From: Candidatus Sulfotelmatobacter sp.
GTDB lineage: Bacteria > Acidobacteriota > Terriglobia > Terriglobales > Acidobacteriaceae
NCBI GenBank assembly: GCA_049584315.1
Contig: JBAUXO010000355.1
Coordinates: 87,558-151,557 of the forward strand
Direction: 5' to 3'
DNA length: 64,000 nucleotides
Position numbers and translations under genes: made by a program. Each line of letters opens with the position of its first letter. Position 1 is the first letter of the stretch. The notes beneath the pieces were generated by a model. It was not told where the DNA came from and searched no databases. It saw only the letters and a program-made list of their open reading frames with translations. Shown here in pieces: positions 48,645 through 57,573 of this stretch.

Positions 48645-49589
48645 TTGATTGGAGCGGTGGATATTGGTGGAACCAAGATAGCCGTCGCGATGATTGACGG
48701 TGATGGCAAGGTCTTGGCTCGCCTCGAATGCCCGACGGACGCTGATCGCGGTTATTCCGAAGCGCTGCGACGCATCGTTGAGATGCTTCGAGCTACGGCG
48801 CAGACCGCAAACACAAGAATCTCTGGAATTGGGATTGGGTCTACTGGACCGGTCTATCCACTGACGGGCGAGATCGGCGATGTCAACTTCTTTCCTCACT
48901 GGAAAGGAGAGAATCCGGTAAGAGAGCTGAGCCGGATCTTTCGAGTGAGTGTAGCCATGGAGAACGATGCCGACGCCGCGGCTCTGGGAGAAGCCGTTTG
49001 GGGCGCGGGCAAGAATAAGAGCAGGCTGATCTATGTGACGGTCGGAACCGGCATCGGGACGGGACTCATTCTGGATGGTGACGTCTACCGTGGAGTGAAT
49101 CAGTCTCATCCGGAAATTGGCCATCATGTTATCGATCCTTCCGGTCCACTCTGTTTGTGTGGCTTCAGCGGCTGCTGGGAATCTCTGGCGGCTGGTCCGG
49201 CCATGGTCACATGGATTGAGAGTAACGCACCACCTGACTATTCTCACCGCGATGGACTCACGGCCAAGAAAATCTGCGAACTGGCTCAGCAAGGTGACGC
49301 TTGGGCGATGCGTGCCGTCGAGCGCGAAAGCCACTACCTTGGCCTCGGGCTCGCCAATCTGGTCACGATGTTTGTTCCTGAAGTCATCGTGCTCGGCGGC
49401 AGCGTGATGAAAAGCGCGGTCCTTTTTCTGGAGGACATGCGGAAGGTCATTGTCGCCAGTTGCCGCTTCGTCCCCCACGAAAAAACCGAATTGGCCTTGG
49501 CTTCGCTGGGCGAGGACTCAAACCTGATTGGAGCCGCCAGAGTTTGGCACTACCGCTTCGGCTCGAAGGTGAGGACCGGTGCAATCTGA
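48645..49589 (+). CDS. ROK-family sugar kinase
   Basis: TTG start after AGGAGA. IGAVDIGGTKIAVAM is the ATP motif and HHVIDPSGPLCLCGFSGCWESLAAG is the ROK zinc motif. Confidence 0.85.
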   Translation: MIGAVDIGGTKIAVAMIDGDGKVLARLECPTDADRGYSEALRRIVEMLRATAQTANTRISGIGIGSTGPVYPLTGEIGDVNFFPHWKGENPVRELSRIFRVSVAMENDADAAALGEAVWGAGKNKSRLIYVTVGTGIGTGLILDGDVYRGVNQSHPEIGHHVIDPSGPLCLCGFSGCWESLAAGPAMVTWIESNAPPDYSHRDGLTAKKICELAQQGDAWAMRAVERESHYLGLGLANLVTMFVPEVIVLGGSVMKSAVLFLEDMRKVIVASCRFVPHEKTELALASLGEDSNLIGAARVWHYRFGSKVRTGAI

Positions 49590-50628
49590 TTTCTCCGTAA
49601 TCGAAGGCGCATATCTTCGCGATATCCTCGATCAGCCACGCGTGCTAGACGAAACACTAACCGGACTAGAGGTTTCGAAGGCTCTACATCAACTCGCAAC
49701 CCACCTCCAGCAAGGCAAGTTCAAGACAGTTGTCCTCACCGGCATGGGCTCGTCCTTCCACGCCCTCCATCCCCTCAACATCGAGCTCGTCAATCACGGT
49801 CTGACCGCGATGATGGTGGAGACTTCGGAGCTTCTGCATTACAGAAGCCGCCTCTTCGATTCGAAGACATTGATCATCGCGGTTTCTCAATCCGGGCAGA
49901 GCGCTGAGGTTGTCCGCCTGTTGGAAATCAATCGGGGCAAGTCGGCCGTCATCGCCATTACCAATACACCAGGCAGTCCCTTGGCAGAGCGGGCCGACGC
50001 TACAATCCTCACCCAAGCAGGCCATGAATTTTCAGTTTCTTGTAAGACCTACGTGACAGCGCTGATGGCATTGCAGTGGTTAGGCGACGCCCTCTGCAAG
50101 CGGGATTTGCGGCGCACTCGCCAGGAACTGCAAACTGCCAGCCCGGCGGTTCGCGATTACCTGGCCCGGTGGAAAGAACATGTACAAGACTTGGCGCAGA
50201 TGCTGAAAGGTACTCGACATCTGTTCCTTGTTGGCCGAGGATCGTCGCTCGCTGCAGTTGGGACGGGCGCTCTGATCGTTAAAGAGTCCGACCATTTTCA
50301 CGCGGAAGGCATGAGCAGTGCGACATTTCGTCATGGCCCGTTTGAAATGCTCAGTGAGGAGACTTTCGTCCTTGTCTTTGCCGGCGAACATAAAACTCGC
50401 GAACTCAATCAACGCCTTTTCGAGGATGTTCGCGAAGAGCAGGGTCGGGCAGAGTTGGTAGCCGAAGGCGCGGCGTCTCCGCCCTGCGCCCTGCCCTCTG
50501 CGCCGCGGTGCATACATCCAATCCTCGAGATCTTGCCCGTGCAGATGGTAACCCTGGCTCTGGCTGCGCAGGCGGGGCGTGAACCGGGCCGTTTTGAACT
50601 AGCCTCGAAAGTGACCACAAGGGAATAG
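49579..50628 (+). CDS. Double-SIS-domain sugar-phosphate isomerase/deaminase (NagB-II/AgaS/FrlB-like)
   Basis: 349 aa. The GTG start overlaps the ROK gene by 11 nt. VVLTGMGSSFHALHP...IIAVSQSGQSAEV is the SIS signature, and a second SIS is at LFLVGRGSSLAAVGTGALIVKES. Confidence 0.75.
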   Translation: MQSDFSVIEGAYLRDILDQPRVLDETLTGLEVSKALHQLATHLQQGKFKTVVLTGMGSSFHALHPLNIELVNHGLTAMMVETSELLHYRSRLFDSKTLIIAVSQSGQSAEVVRLLEINRGKSAVIAITNTPGSPLAERADATILTQAGHEFSVSCKTYVTALMALQWLGDALCKRDLRRTRQELQTASPAVRDYLARWKEHVQDLAQMLKGTRHLFLVGRGSSLAAVGTGALIVKESDHFHAEGMSSATFRHGPFEMLSEETFVLVFAGEHKTRELNQRLFEDVREEQGRAELVAEGAASPPCALPSAPRCIHPILEILPVQMVTLALAAQAGREPGRFELASKVTTRE

Positions 50629-50631
50629 CTG

Positions 50632-51912
50632 ATGACGTCCCACTCCATGCCACGAAACCGATACATGGTTGCCATCGTCTTCCTCACGTTCTTTGTAATG
50701 TCGTTGCTTACCAACATTCTCGGCCCGATCGTGCCCGACATCATCAACAGCTTCAGCGTAAGCCTGGCTGCCGCCGCTTTCTTACCGTTCTCCTTTTTTA
50801 TTGCCTATGGAGTGATGTCAATTCCCGCCGGTTTTCTTGTGGAACGCTTTGGTGAAAAGCCGGTTATGATTGCCGCCTTCCTGGTGGGTACGGCGGGGTC
50901 GCTGAGTTTTGCCCTGCACCCGAGCTATCAAGTGGCCGTGTCCTCGCTATTCGTGATGGGATCGGGAATGGCTACGTTACAAACTGCGATCAATCCGCTA
51001 TTGCGGGTTTCCGGGGGCGAAGAGCATTTCGCATTTAATTCTGCTTTTGCCCAACTCGTCTTCGGAAGCGCCTCTTTTCTGAGTCCGTACATGTATTCGT
51101 ATTTGGTCTTGAACCTAGATAACAAGCACGCCGGTAGAAATTGGCTACTCGACGTTTTGATCAGGATCACCCCCCCGGCACTGCCTTGGGCCTCGATGTA
51201 CTGGATCTTTGCTGTGTTTACCCTGGCCATGGTTGTGGTTCTTTTCTTTAGCCGCTTTCCTCGCGTAGAGCTTAATGTCGACGAGCAGGCCGGCTCCCTC
51301 GAGATGTACGGCAGCCTTTTTCGCAAGCCGATGGTCTGGGCGTTCTTCTTGTGTGTTTTTGCCTACGTAGGCTCGGAGCAGGGAACAGCCGATTGGATCT
51401 CAAAATTTCTTTCCCAATATCACGGCTACGATCCGCACACCACCGGCGCAACTGCAGTCTCATGGTTCTGGGGCCTGCTCACAGCCGGCTGCTTCATCGG
51501 CATGTTGCTTCTGAAGGTTTTCGATAGCCGCTACGTACTGATCGGCGCTTGTCTGGGAGCACTTTTGTGCTTGACCGCCGCCCTGTTCGGCCCGGCCAAC
51601 GTTTCGGTTATTGCTTTTCCTGGGATTGGTCTTTTCGCATCCGTGATGTGGCCCATCCTAGTGTCGCTCGGACTCAATTCCGTGTCGGAGCACCACGGTT
51701 CCTTCGCCGGGATTTTGAGCACTGGAATTATGGGTGGGGCCGTGGTGCCGGTCATCATTGGACGTATCGGCGATCATTTCGGCCTCCGGGCGGGAGTCGC
51801 ATTCCTTTATGTCACGTTCGCTTGCGTTCTGAGTGTTGGCTTCTGGGCCAAGCCGCTTATTACCAACGCGACCGTCAGTCTTAAGAAAGCCGAAGTTCAG
51901 CCTGCCACTTAG
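50632..51912 (+). CDS. MFS sugar transporter (FucP/GluP/NagP-like)
   Basis: 426 aa with 12 TM-like segments. The N-terminus VAIVFLTFFVMSLLTNILGPIVPDII is typical of the fucose/glucose-galactose/NagP subfamily. Confidence 0.8.
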   Translation: MTSHSMPRNRYMVAIVFLTFFVMSLLTNILGPIVPDIINSFSVSLAAAAFLPFSFFIAYGVMSIPAGFLVERFGEKPVMIAAFLVGTAGSLSFALHPSYQVAVSSLFVMGSGMATLQTAINPLLRVSGGEEHFAFNSAFAQLVFGSASFLSPYMYSYLVLNLDNKHAGRNWLLDVLIRITPPALPWASMYWIFAVFTLAMVVVLFFSRFPRVELNVDEQAGSLEMYGSLFRKPMVWAFFLCVFAYVGSEQGTADWISKFLSQYHGYDPHTTGATAVSWFWGLLTAGCFIGMLLLKVFDSRYVLIGACLGALLCLTAALFGPANVSVIAFPGIGLFASVMWPILVSLGLNSVSEHHGSFAGILSTGIMGGAVVPVIIGRIGDHFGLRAGVAFLYVTFACVLSVGFWAKPLITNATVSLKKAEVQPAT

Positions 51913-52376
51913 ACTGTCTACTGGTGCCAACAAAAGTGCGCCCCGCATGTCGTCAATTGGGCTTACTCTAACGCAGGGACAGATAGCAGCGAGAGCTCAA
52001 GAAGGCAACGCGTGTTCATCGGGAGAGTCTCTCGGATCCGCCTCCTCTGGAGGCGTTGTACGAACATTGTACGGAAGGTTAGTTGCTTGTAAGCAATTGA
52101 TAATAAAAGATATATTGGTGAAGGCGGTCGGAGTCGAGATGTCTGGAGTGTTGACAAGAGGTAAGTTATTGATGTCGGGAGGTGCCACAAGGGGTAAAAA
52201 GGCCCCATTGCCCGATCCATTGTACGTTCATTGTACGAAAATGCTTTCGGTCTGAAGCCCGCGGCGCGCTACATTCGGCGGTCCAATCGCCCCTGGTGCC
52301 TGAAAAGATAACGAGCGGCCAGACTCTTGAAGTATACACAAAAAAATGAGATATTTACACATTAGGAGGGCCCCTC

Positions 52377-52580
52377 GTGCGGACGAATATCGAAATCGAT
52401 GACCGGTTGATACGCCAAGCCATGAAACGCAGCGGAAGTCGCACAAAAAGAGCGACTGTAGAAACGGCGTTGCGACTGCTGGTAAAGACGCACTCTCAGA
52501 CTGCAATTCGGCGACTGAGGGGCAAGGTGGACTGGGAGGGTAACCTGGAGGACTCTCGCGAAGGCCGTGTTCGGGAATAG
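52377..52580 (+). CDS. vapB: Type II antitoxin, VapB family
   Basis: 67 aa, GTG start after AGGAGGG. MRTNIEIDDRLIRQAMKRSGSRTKRATVETALRLLV. Confidence 0.8.
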   Translation: MRTNIEIDDRLIRQAMKRSGSRTKRATVETALRLLVKTHSQTAIRRLRGKVDWEGNLEDSREGRVRE

Positions 52581-52585
52581 GTGCC

Positions 52586-52981
52586 ATGGTCATCGTGGAC
52601 ACAACTGTGTGGATTGATTATCTGGGCGGTATCGGAAACGCCCAAACAGCTTGGCTGGACCGGGAAATCAGCCACCAGCGCCTCGGTCTGACCGATATTA
52701 TTCTTTGCGAAGTATTGCAAGGCGTCCGCGGGGAATCCGCTTTTGCGCGGGTGCGAAATGATCTATCAAAGTTTCAAGTGTTCACCACCGGCGGTATTGA
52801 TCTAGCAGTGGCCGCGGCTCAGAACTACCGCTCTTTGCGACGCCGGGGCCACACCGTTCGCAAAACGATCGATTGCCTGATCGCAACTTTCTGTTTAGAG
52901 GCAGGACATTGGCTTCTGCATCGTGATCGCGATTTCGATCCTTTCGAGCAACACCTCGGGCTTAGCGTAGTTCACCCATAG
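52586..52981 (+). CDS. vapC: PIN-domain toxin VapC
   Basis: 131 aa, 5 nt after vapB. MVIVDTTVWIDYL...DIILCEVLQG...IDCLIATFCLEAGHWLLHRDRDF carries the PIN acidic residues. Confidence 0.85.
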   Translation: MVIVDTTVWIDYLGGIGNAQTAWLDREISHQRLGLTDIILCEVLQGVRGESAFARVRNDLSKFQVFTTGGIDLAVAAAQNYRSLRRRGHTVRKTIDCLIATFCLEAGHWLLHRDRDFDPFEQHLGLSVVHP

Positions 52982-53314
52982 CTCCGCTCATCAAAGGCTC
53001 TCTAGCGTGCGAAAAGCATGTCAAATTCTAGCCGGACGCACGTTGCGCCTCCGGCAAATTAGTCTGAGCCCGATCAGCATCAACTACAGTTTATTTGCTC
53101 ACGGTTGCAAAGGGAGCCTCTGGAATGGCGACGATTCAAGCTCGGAACGAATGCACCAGCTTTGAGTGCAAAACGTTGGTGCGAATTTATCGCGTACGGG
53201 TAGTAGGCTAAATGTCGCCCACTACTGGCGTACGCAATCTGTGCCGGGAATATCTATCATTGCTATGATCGAATGTTCCTATGAACTGCCGCCGAGCCGA
53301 GATACTGGATTTTT

Positions 53315-53697
53315 CTAAAAACCCGCGCCATGAGAGTGGTTCGAGAAGTTCCGTTTATGCAAGTCATTCCTGAACGCTCTTTTCGTGAAATTGGCGATAT
53401 CCGTTTTGAGTAACTTCTTGTTGATCGCGATCCGTGCCAGCGCGAGACCGGCAGCTGGGAAGTGAGGATGGTGGAGCGAGTCTGATAGCGATCCTCGCAG
53501 ATTTCTCACACTTCGCGCCGCTCGGCTTCATTCAGCGGAGCCATGGCCCAGTCATCGATGACCAGAACCTCGATGCGACCGAGTCGTGCCAGGAGGTGTC
53601 GCAAGCTGCCATCGGCGCGCGCCAGAGCCAGTTCGCGCGACAAAGCAGCGGCGCGCAGATAGAGTGCTGACTAGCCATCACGGCAGGCTTTAGGCCA
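53315..53697 (-). pseudogene. IS21-family istB (helper ATPase) relic, N-terminally truncated with nonsense and frameshift mutations
   Basis: The reverse-complement translation reads KACRDG-TAG-SALYLRAAALSRELALARADGSLRHLLARLGRIEVLVIDDWAMAPLNEAERREV-TGA-EICEDRYQTRSTILTSQLPVSRWH. There is no Walker A region and no istA. Confidence 0.7.
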
Positions 53698-53830
53698 AGT
53701 TGACGAACCGCGCGCTCTAGTTCGTTCGCTCCCGCCCCGGGATCTTGTAGCGGCACGGCAGCAAAGCCTGCGAAGCGATCAGGATGCTTCTGAACGGTGG
53801 CTGCAAGATAGTCATTCGCCTCTTGCGCGA
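53688..53830 (-). pseudogene. Amidohydrolase-2-family gene fragment
   Basis: A frame of ORF 53532..54116 reads EANDYLAATVQKHPDRFAGFAAVPLQDPGAGANELERAVRQLGLK. It runs directly into the istB relic (LGLK|ACRDG). Confidence 0.4.
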
Positions 53831-54744
53831 AGTTTAGAGCCGGCGGACCTTCCAGATCTGGTTTCCGCGCCGACTTTAACCAGCCAATCGATAAAGGCGT
53901 GCATGATCGGTGGCTTGTCGGCATCGAGCGGCGTGAGAACGAAATAGCTAGGCCGGCGGACCGTAATTTTCGGAAAGGGCGTGCACAGCCTGCCGAGTTG
54001 GACGTCATGAGCCAACACAGGCATCGGTCCAATCGACAATCCAAAACCATCCAGCGTTGCCAACAGTACGACAAAGTAATGGTCATAACGTTCTTGTCGC
54101 GCCGGCGGCTGGCCATTATATCCAGCCGCTATGAGCCAGTCCTCCCAATCGCCCGGCCTCGATTCGGTTGAGAGAATAGTGTGCTTCGCGAGGTCCCTTA
54201 GCTTGCGAAGCGGTAGCCGCTTCAGTAATGCCGGGCTGGCCACCAGCGTGTTGGCTTCGTCAAGAAAACGTTTTGCCGAATACTGCCCCCACGGTTGCGG
54301 TCCGCGCCGAATAGCCAGATCGAAAGAACCTCGCAACGTTTCATTCAACGCGCTGGAGGTCGAGATCCGGACTTCGGTGTGGGGATGCTTCGCGTAAAAC
54401 TGCGGCAAGCACGGTATTAGCCAGCGCATGGCAAAACTTGCCGGAGCATTGACGCGCAACACTTGTGTCGCCGTTATGCTGCCGTAACGGCGCGCGGCGT
54501 CCGCAATTCGATCGAATGCTTCGCTGATTTCGCGCGCAAAGGCGAGACCGTGCAGTGTCGGAACCATGCGCTGGCCAGAACGGACAAACAGCGTCTGACC
54601 GAGCCATTCTTCCAGAGCCTGGATTTGCTTGCTCACCGCGCCGTGGGTGACGCCAAGCTCGTTGGCCGCAGCCGTAAAGCTCCCCGTACGTGCGGCGACT
54701 TCAAAAGCACGCAGAGCGGTCATGGGGGGAAGGCGTTGCGCCAT
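53812..54744 (-). CDS. LysR-family transcriptional regulator (GcvA/AmpR-like)
   Basis: 310 aa. LPPMTALRAFEVAARTGSFTAAANELGVTHGAVSKQIQALEEWLGQTLFVR. It is divergent from an MFS gene. Confidence 0.85.
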   Translation of the reverse strand: MAQRLPPMTALRAFEVAARTGSFTAAANELGVTHGAVSKQIQALEEWLGQTLFVRSGQRMVPTLHGLAFAREISEAFDRIADAARRYGSITATQVLRVNAPASFAMRWLIPCLPQFYAKHPHTEVRISTSSALNETLRGSFDLAIRRGPQPWGQYSAKRFLDEANTLVASPALLKRLPLRKLRDLAKHTILSTESRPGDWEDWLIAAGYNGQPPARQERYDHYFVVLLATLDGFGLSIGPMPVLAHDVQLGRLCTPFPKITVRRPSYFVLTPLDADKPPIMHAFIDWLVKVGAETRSGRSAGSKLRARGE

Positions 54745-54746
54745 AT

Positions 54747-54763
54747 TGTGAGATTATGTCACA
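54747..54763. promoter_or_regulatory. Palindrome TGTGA-N7-TCACA abutting the lysR start codon (candidate LysR autoregulatory/activation site)
   Basis: TGTGAGATTATGTCACA lies 3 nt upstream of the lysR ATG, in the 400-bp lysR-MFS intergenic region. Confidence 0.35.
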
Positions 54764-55146
54764 TAATCGGTGAGAACTATTCGTTTGTCTGCCTAATTCT
54801 CACGTCTTATACTGACCTCAACTGGGGATGAAAGCACGATGGCAATCGTCATGTATGGCGGAAATGCTTGTTCTCAGCAGAAAAGGGGATCACAACACGG
54901 ACTAGCAGTTGCTTCATCGCCGCCGCCCCACCGCGACGATTTCGGCGTTTCAAATCCCTTCGGTAATCCTGGCTGACAAAACCGGAAGCGAAGACTTTTT
55001 TGCGCAGGAACATTATTGACATGCGTGTCGTTAGCTGAAGCAGGTTTACTTTACCCGTTCAGTTCTGTTTCTAGGGCTGTTGCTGGATTTGGGCGGAATG
55101 GGTTCAAGCACTCACCACCCGCTCGATAGGTTTTGAGTGGAGGAGG

Positions 55147-56466
55147 ATGCAACTTCGAATGCAGAGCACAAGTGCGACAGGCTTATTATCAATCCGGCGA
55201 CCAGCCTGGTTTTCACAGCAGCGGCGCAGTCTCGCTGGAGCGTGCCTCGCTCATATGCTGCACGATGGCTACACGGATCAGCTATATGCGCTGCTGCCCG
55301 TATGGCAGTCGGAATTCGGCCTTTCTTATTCCGGTCTGGCCGTGGTTCGTGCTCTCTATTATGGCACCATGGGTGCCTTGCAAGTCCCGGGCAATAAGCT
55401 TATCGCCAGACTCGGCACGCGCGCGTCGCTGACGTTGGCGACCTTCGTCGCGGCAGCAGGCTATCTGATGATGGCGCTTCCTTGCCGATTTTCGGGCCTT
55501 TGTATTGCCTTGGTCCTCGCCGGTATCGGATCGAGCGTTCAGCATCCGCGCGCCTCGTTACTGGTGACGAACACTTACGGAGATGCCTCACGCGGGCCGC
55601 TCGGCATATATAACTTCTCTGGCGATCTCGGCAAGGCAACCTTCCCGGCCGTGGTCGCGCTACTTTTGCCGTTCGTCGCCTGGCGGCCTGTCGTCGGAAT
55701 CATGGGCTTCGTTGGAGTGGCGGTGGCTTTCGCATTGTTCGCCCTCGTGCCCCGGCAACCGTTCATAGCGCCAGTCGAGGATAAACCCACAGCGAAGAGA
55801 CGAGGCAGCAGCGGCTTCGGTCTGCTCCTCACAATCGGCGCGCTCGACACAGCGACACGGATGGGCTATCTCCTGTTCCTGCCATTTCTGCTGCACGCCC
55901 GCAGCAGATCGGGGGCAGTGGTCGGTCTCGGCCTAGCCCTAGCCCTGCTCTTCATCGGGGGAGCGCTCGGCAAAGCGGCATGCGGCTGGCTCGGCCAGCA
56001 CCTGGGTGTCGTGCGGAGCGTGATTGCCACGGAGGCCGCAACCGCATTGCTGATAACGGCGACCCTGAAGCTCCCACTCGCGCCGATGCTCGCGGTCCTT
56101 CCGCTTCTCGGCATCGTCCTCAACGGCACCTCGTCCGTATTGTATGGCACTGTCCCGGACCTAGCCCCGAAAGGCGACATCGGCCAGGGATTCGCGCTCT
56201 TCTACACGGGTGTTATTGGCGCTGGGGGGCTTGCGCCGATCGCTTACGGGGCGATTGCCGATCATTCCAATCGGACCGTCGGTATCCTGGCCGCGGCTTT
56301 GACGGCCGGCGTTATCATACCGCTGGCTCTCGCGCTGCGGCCCATTCTCGAAAACGAGCGCGGTGCGGGATTGCTGGCATCACCAATGCCGCTCCGCTTA
56401 CAGATACACGATTGCCAGTCCAGCAAACTGGCGATATCACAACCCGCTTCAAACCGAGGAGAGTAG
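55147..56466 (+). CDS. MFS transporter
   Basis: 439 aa, about 12 TM segments. ...LAHMLHDGYTDQLYALLPVWQSEFGLSYSGLAVVRALYYG... Confidence 0.8.
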   Translation: MQLRMQSTSATGLLSIRRPAWFSQQRRSLAGACLAHMLHDGYTDQLYALLPVWQSEFGLSYSGLAVVRALYYGTMGALQVPGNKLIARLGTRASLTLATFVAAAGYLMMALPCRFSGLCIALVLAGIGSSVQHPRASLLVTNTYGDASRGPLGIYNFSGDLGKATFPAVVALLLPFVAWRPVVGIMGFVGVAVAFALFALVPRQPFIAPVEDKPTAKRRGSSGFGLLLTIGALDTATRMGYLLFLPFLLHARSRSGAVVGLGLALALLFIGGALGKAACGWLGQHLGVVRSVIATEAATALLITATLKLPLAPMLAVLPLLGIVLNGTSSVLYGTVPDLAPKGDIGQGFALFYTGVIGAGGLAPIAYGAIADHSNRTVGILAAALTAGVIIPLALALRPILENERGAGLLASPMPLRLQIHDCQSSKLAISQPASNRGE

Positions 56467-56669
56467 CATGACTACAAGAGAACACCGTCACCTTCATTAA
56501 AACCGCACCACCAGCATGGCTATTAGCTTTCTGGAAAGAAATCGATGACAAGAGCTTCGGCAAAGGCTTCGACTGCTTTGCGGAAGATGCAGGCTTCCCT
56601 GCCGCGATGCCATTTGCTTGATAGGTATGCTTTATTGTGAGGAGCGACGAGCGCAGCATAGCAGCGAAA

Positions 56670-57545
56670 TTATCTTTGCCGCGTGTTCAGTTTATCGAGT
56701 GCGCGTTTCAACTCTTCTAGCTTCTGTCCGGCTTCACCGAGCTTGCCTTCCGCCGTCAGGCGCTGGTAGTCGGCAAGGTCTTTGCCGGCTTCCGCGATGA
56801 GTAACTGCGATCCTCAGTGGGCTGGGGCGACCCGGCGGATGCTGCTGTGCTTCGCGACGGCTCCGCGGTGACTGCCGTGGCGCTCAGCGACGACACTCCT
56901 CCGCCAAAAAGCGCCGACATCGCCGACTCGAAGGTTGGACCGTACCCCAGGCGATCTTGCAGCGCGAGCACGACCAGTCGCAACTCCGGCATCGGACTTC
57001 GCTCTGCCTGCCGGTAAATCGGTTCTGCATACAACAGCGCGCGCCCGGTGGAGATCACCAGCAATGCGCCGCGCCGCGCGTGTGAGCCTTGCTGATTCCA
57101 AAGCGTCAATTGCCCGGAAAGCTGCGCGTTCTGATCAATTCGCGCCTCGATTCGCAGCGGTCCATCGACAAGCTTCGTTTTGGGGAAGTTGTAGACTACC
57201 GACACACTACGCACTGTGCTCTGGACCGGCATGTTGCTCAAAATCAGAGGGGCAGCCCTTCCGCCGTGAAACCATTGACCGGGTTCATCGTGATGCCATA
57301 GCCATTGTAGATCGGCTTCTCTTAATCCAATTGCGGCTGCTTTCCGGAAGTTTATCGACGTTCAACTCGCGCGCAGCGAGCATTACCTCGCGATTCGCGC
57401 CATCGGCTCATAGCGGTCAATGTCGATGTCGGGAAAGTCGTGGTAAGTACGGATTTCCTGAATCTGGCGCAGCGTGTCCTGCAATGCATGCCAGTCCCAC
57501 AGCCGGATATTTTGGAGTGTGGCCTGATTGTTAGCCGGGTCTTGT
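56670..57545 (-). pseudogene. UPF0182-family membrane protein pseudogene (C-terminal third only, several frameshifts)
   Basis: Reverse-strand pieces: NNQATLQNIRLWDWHALQDTLRQIQEIRTYHDFPDIDIDRY...; GYGITMNPVNGFTAEGLP; ORF 56756..57241 (...GALLVISTGRALLYAEPIYRQAERSPMPELRLVVLALQDRLGYGPTFESAMSALFGG); and a tail AEAGKDLADYQRLTAEGKLGEAGQKLEELKRALDKL in a third frame. Confidence 0.65.
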
Positions 57546-57573
57546 CACACATCAGGATCCGCGGTCGTCGTTC

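Noticed and set aside
56468-56620. Short NTF2/SnoaL-like reading frame (TVTFIKTAPPAWLLAFWKEIDDKSFGKGFDCFAEDA) after the MFS gene
   Set aside because: It has no in-frame start (the ATG at 56468 is in another frame) and only about 45 codons. It is likely a remnant, and the evidence is too thin to annotate.
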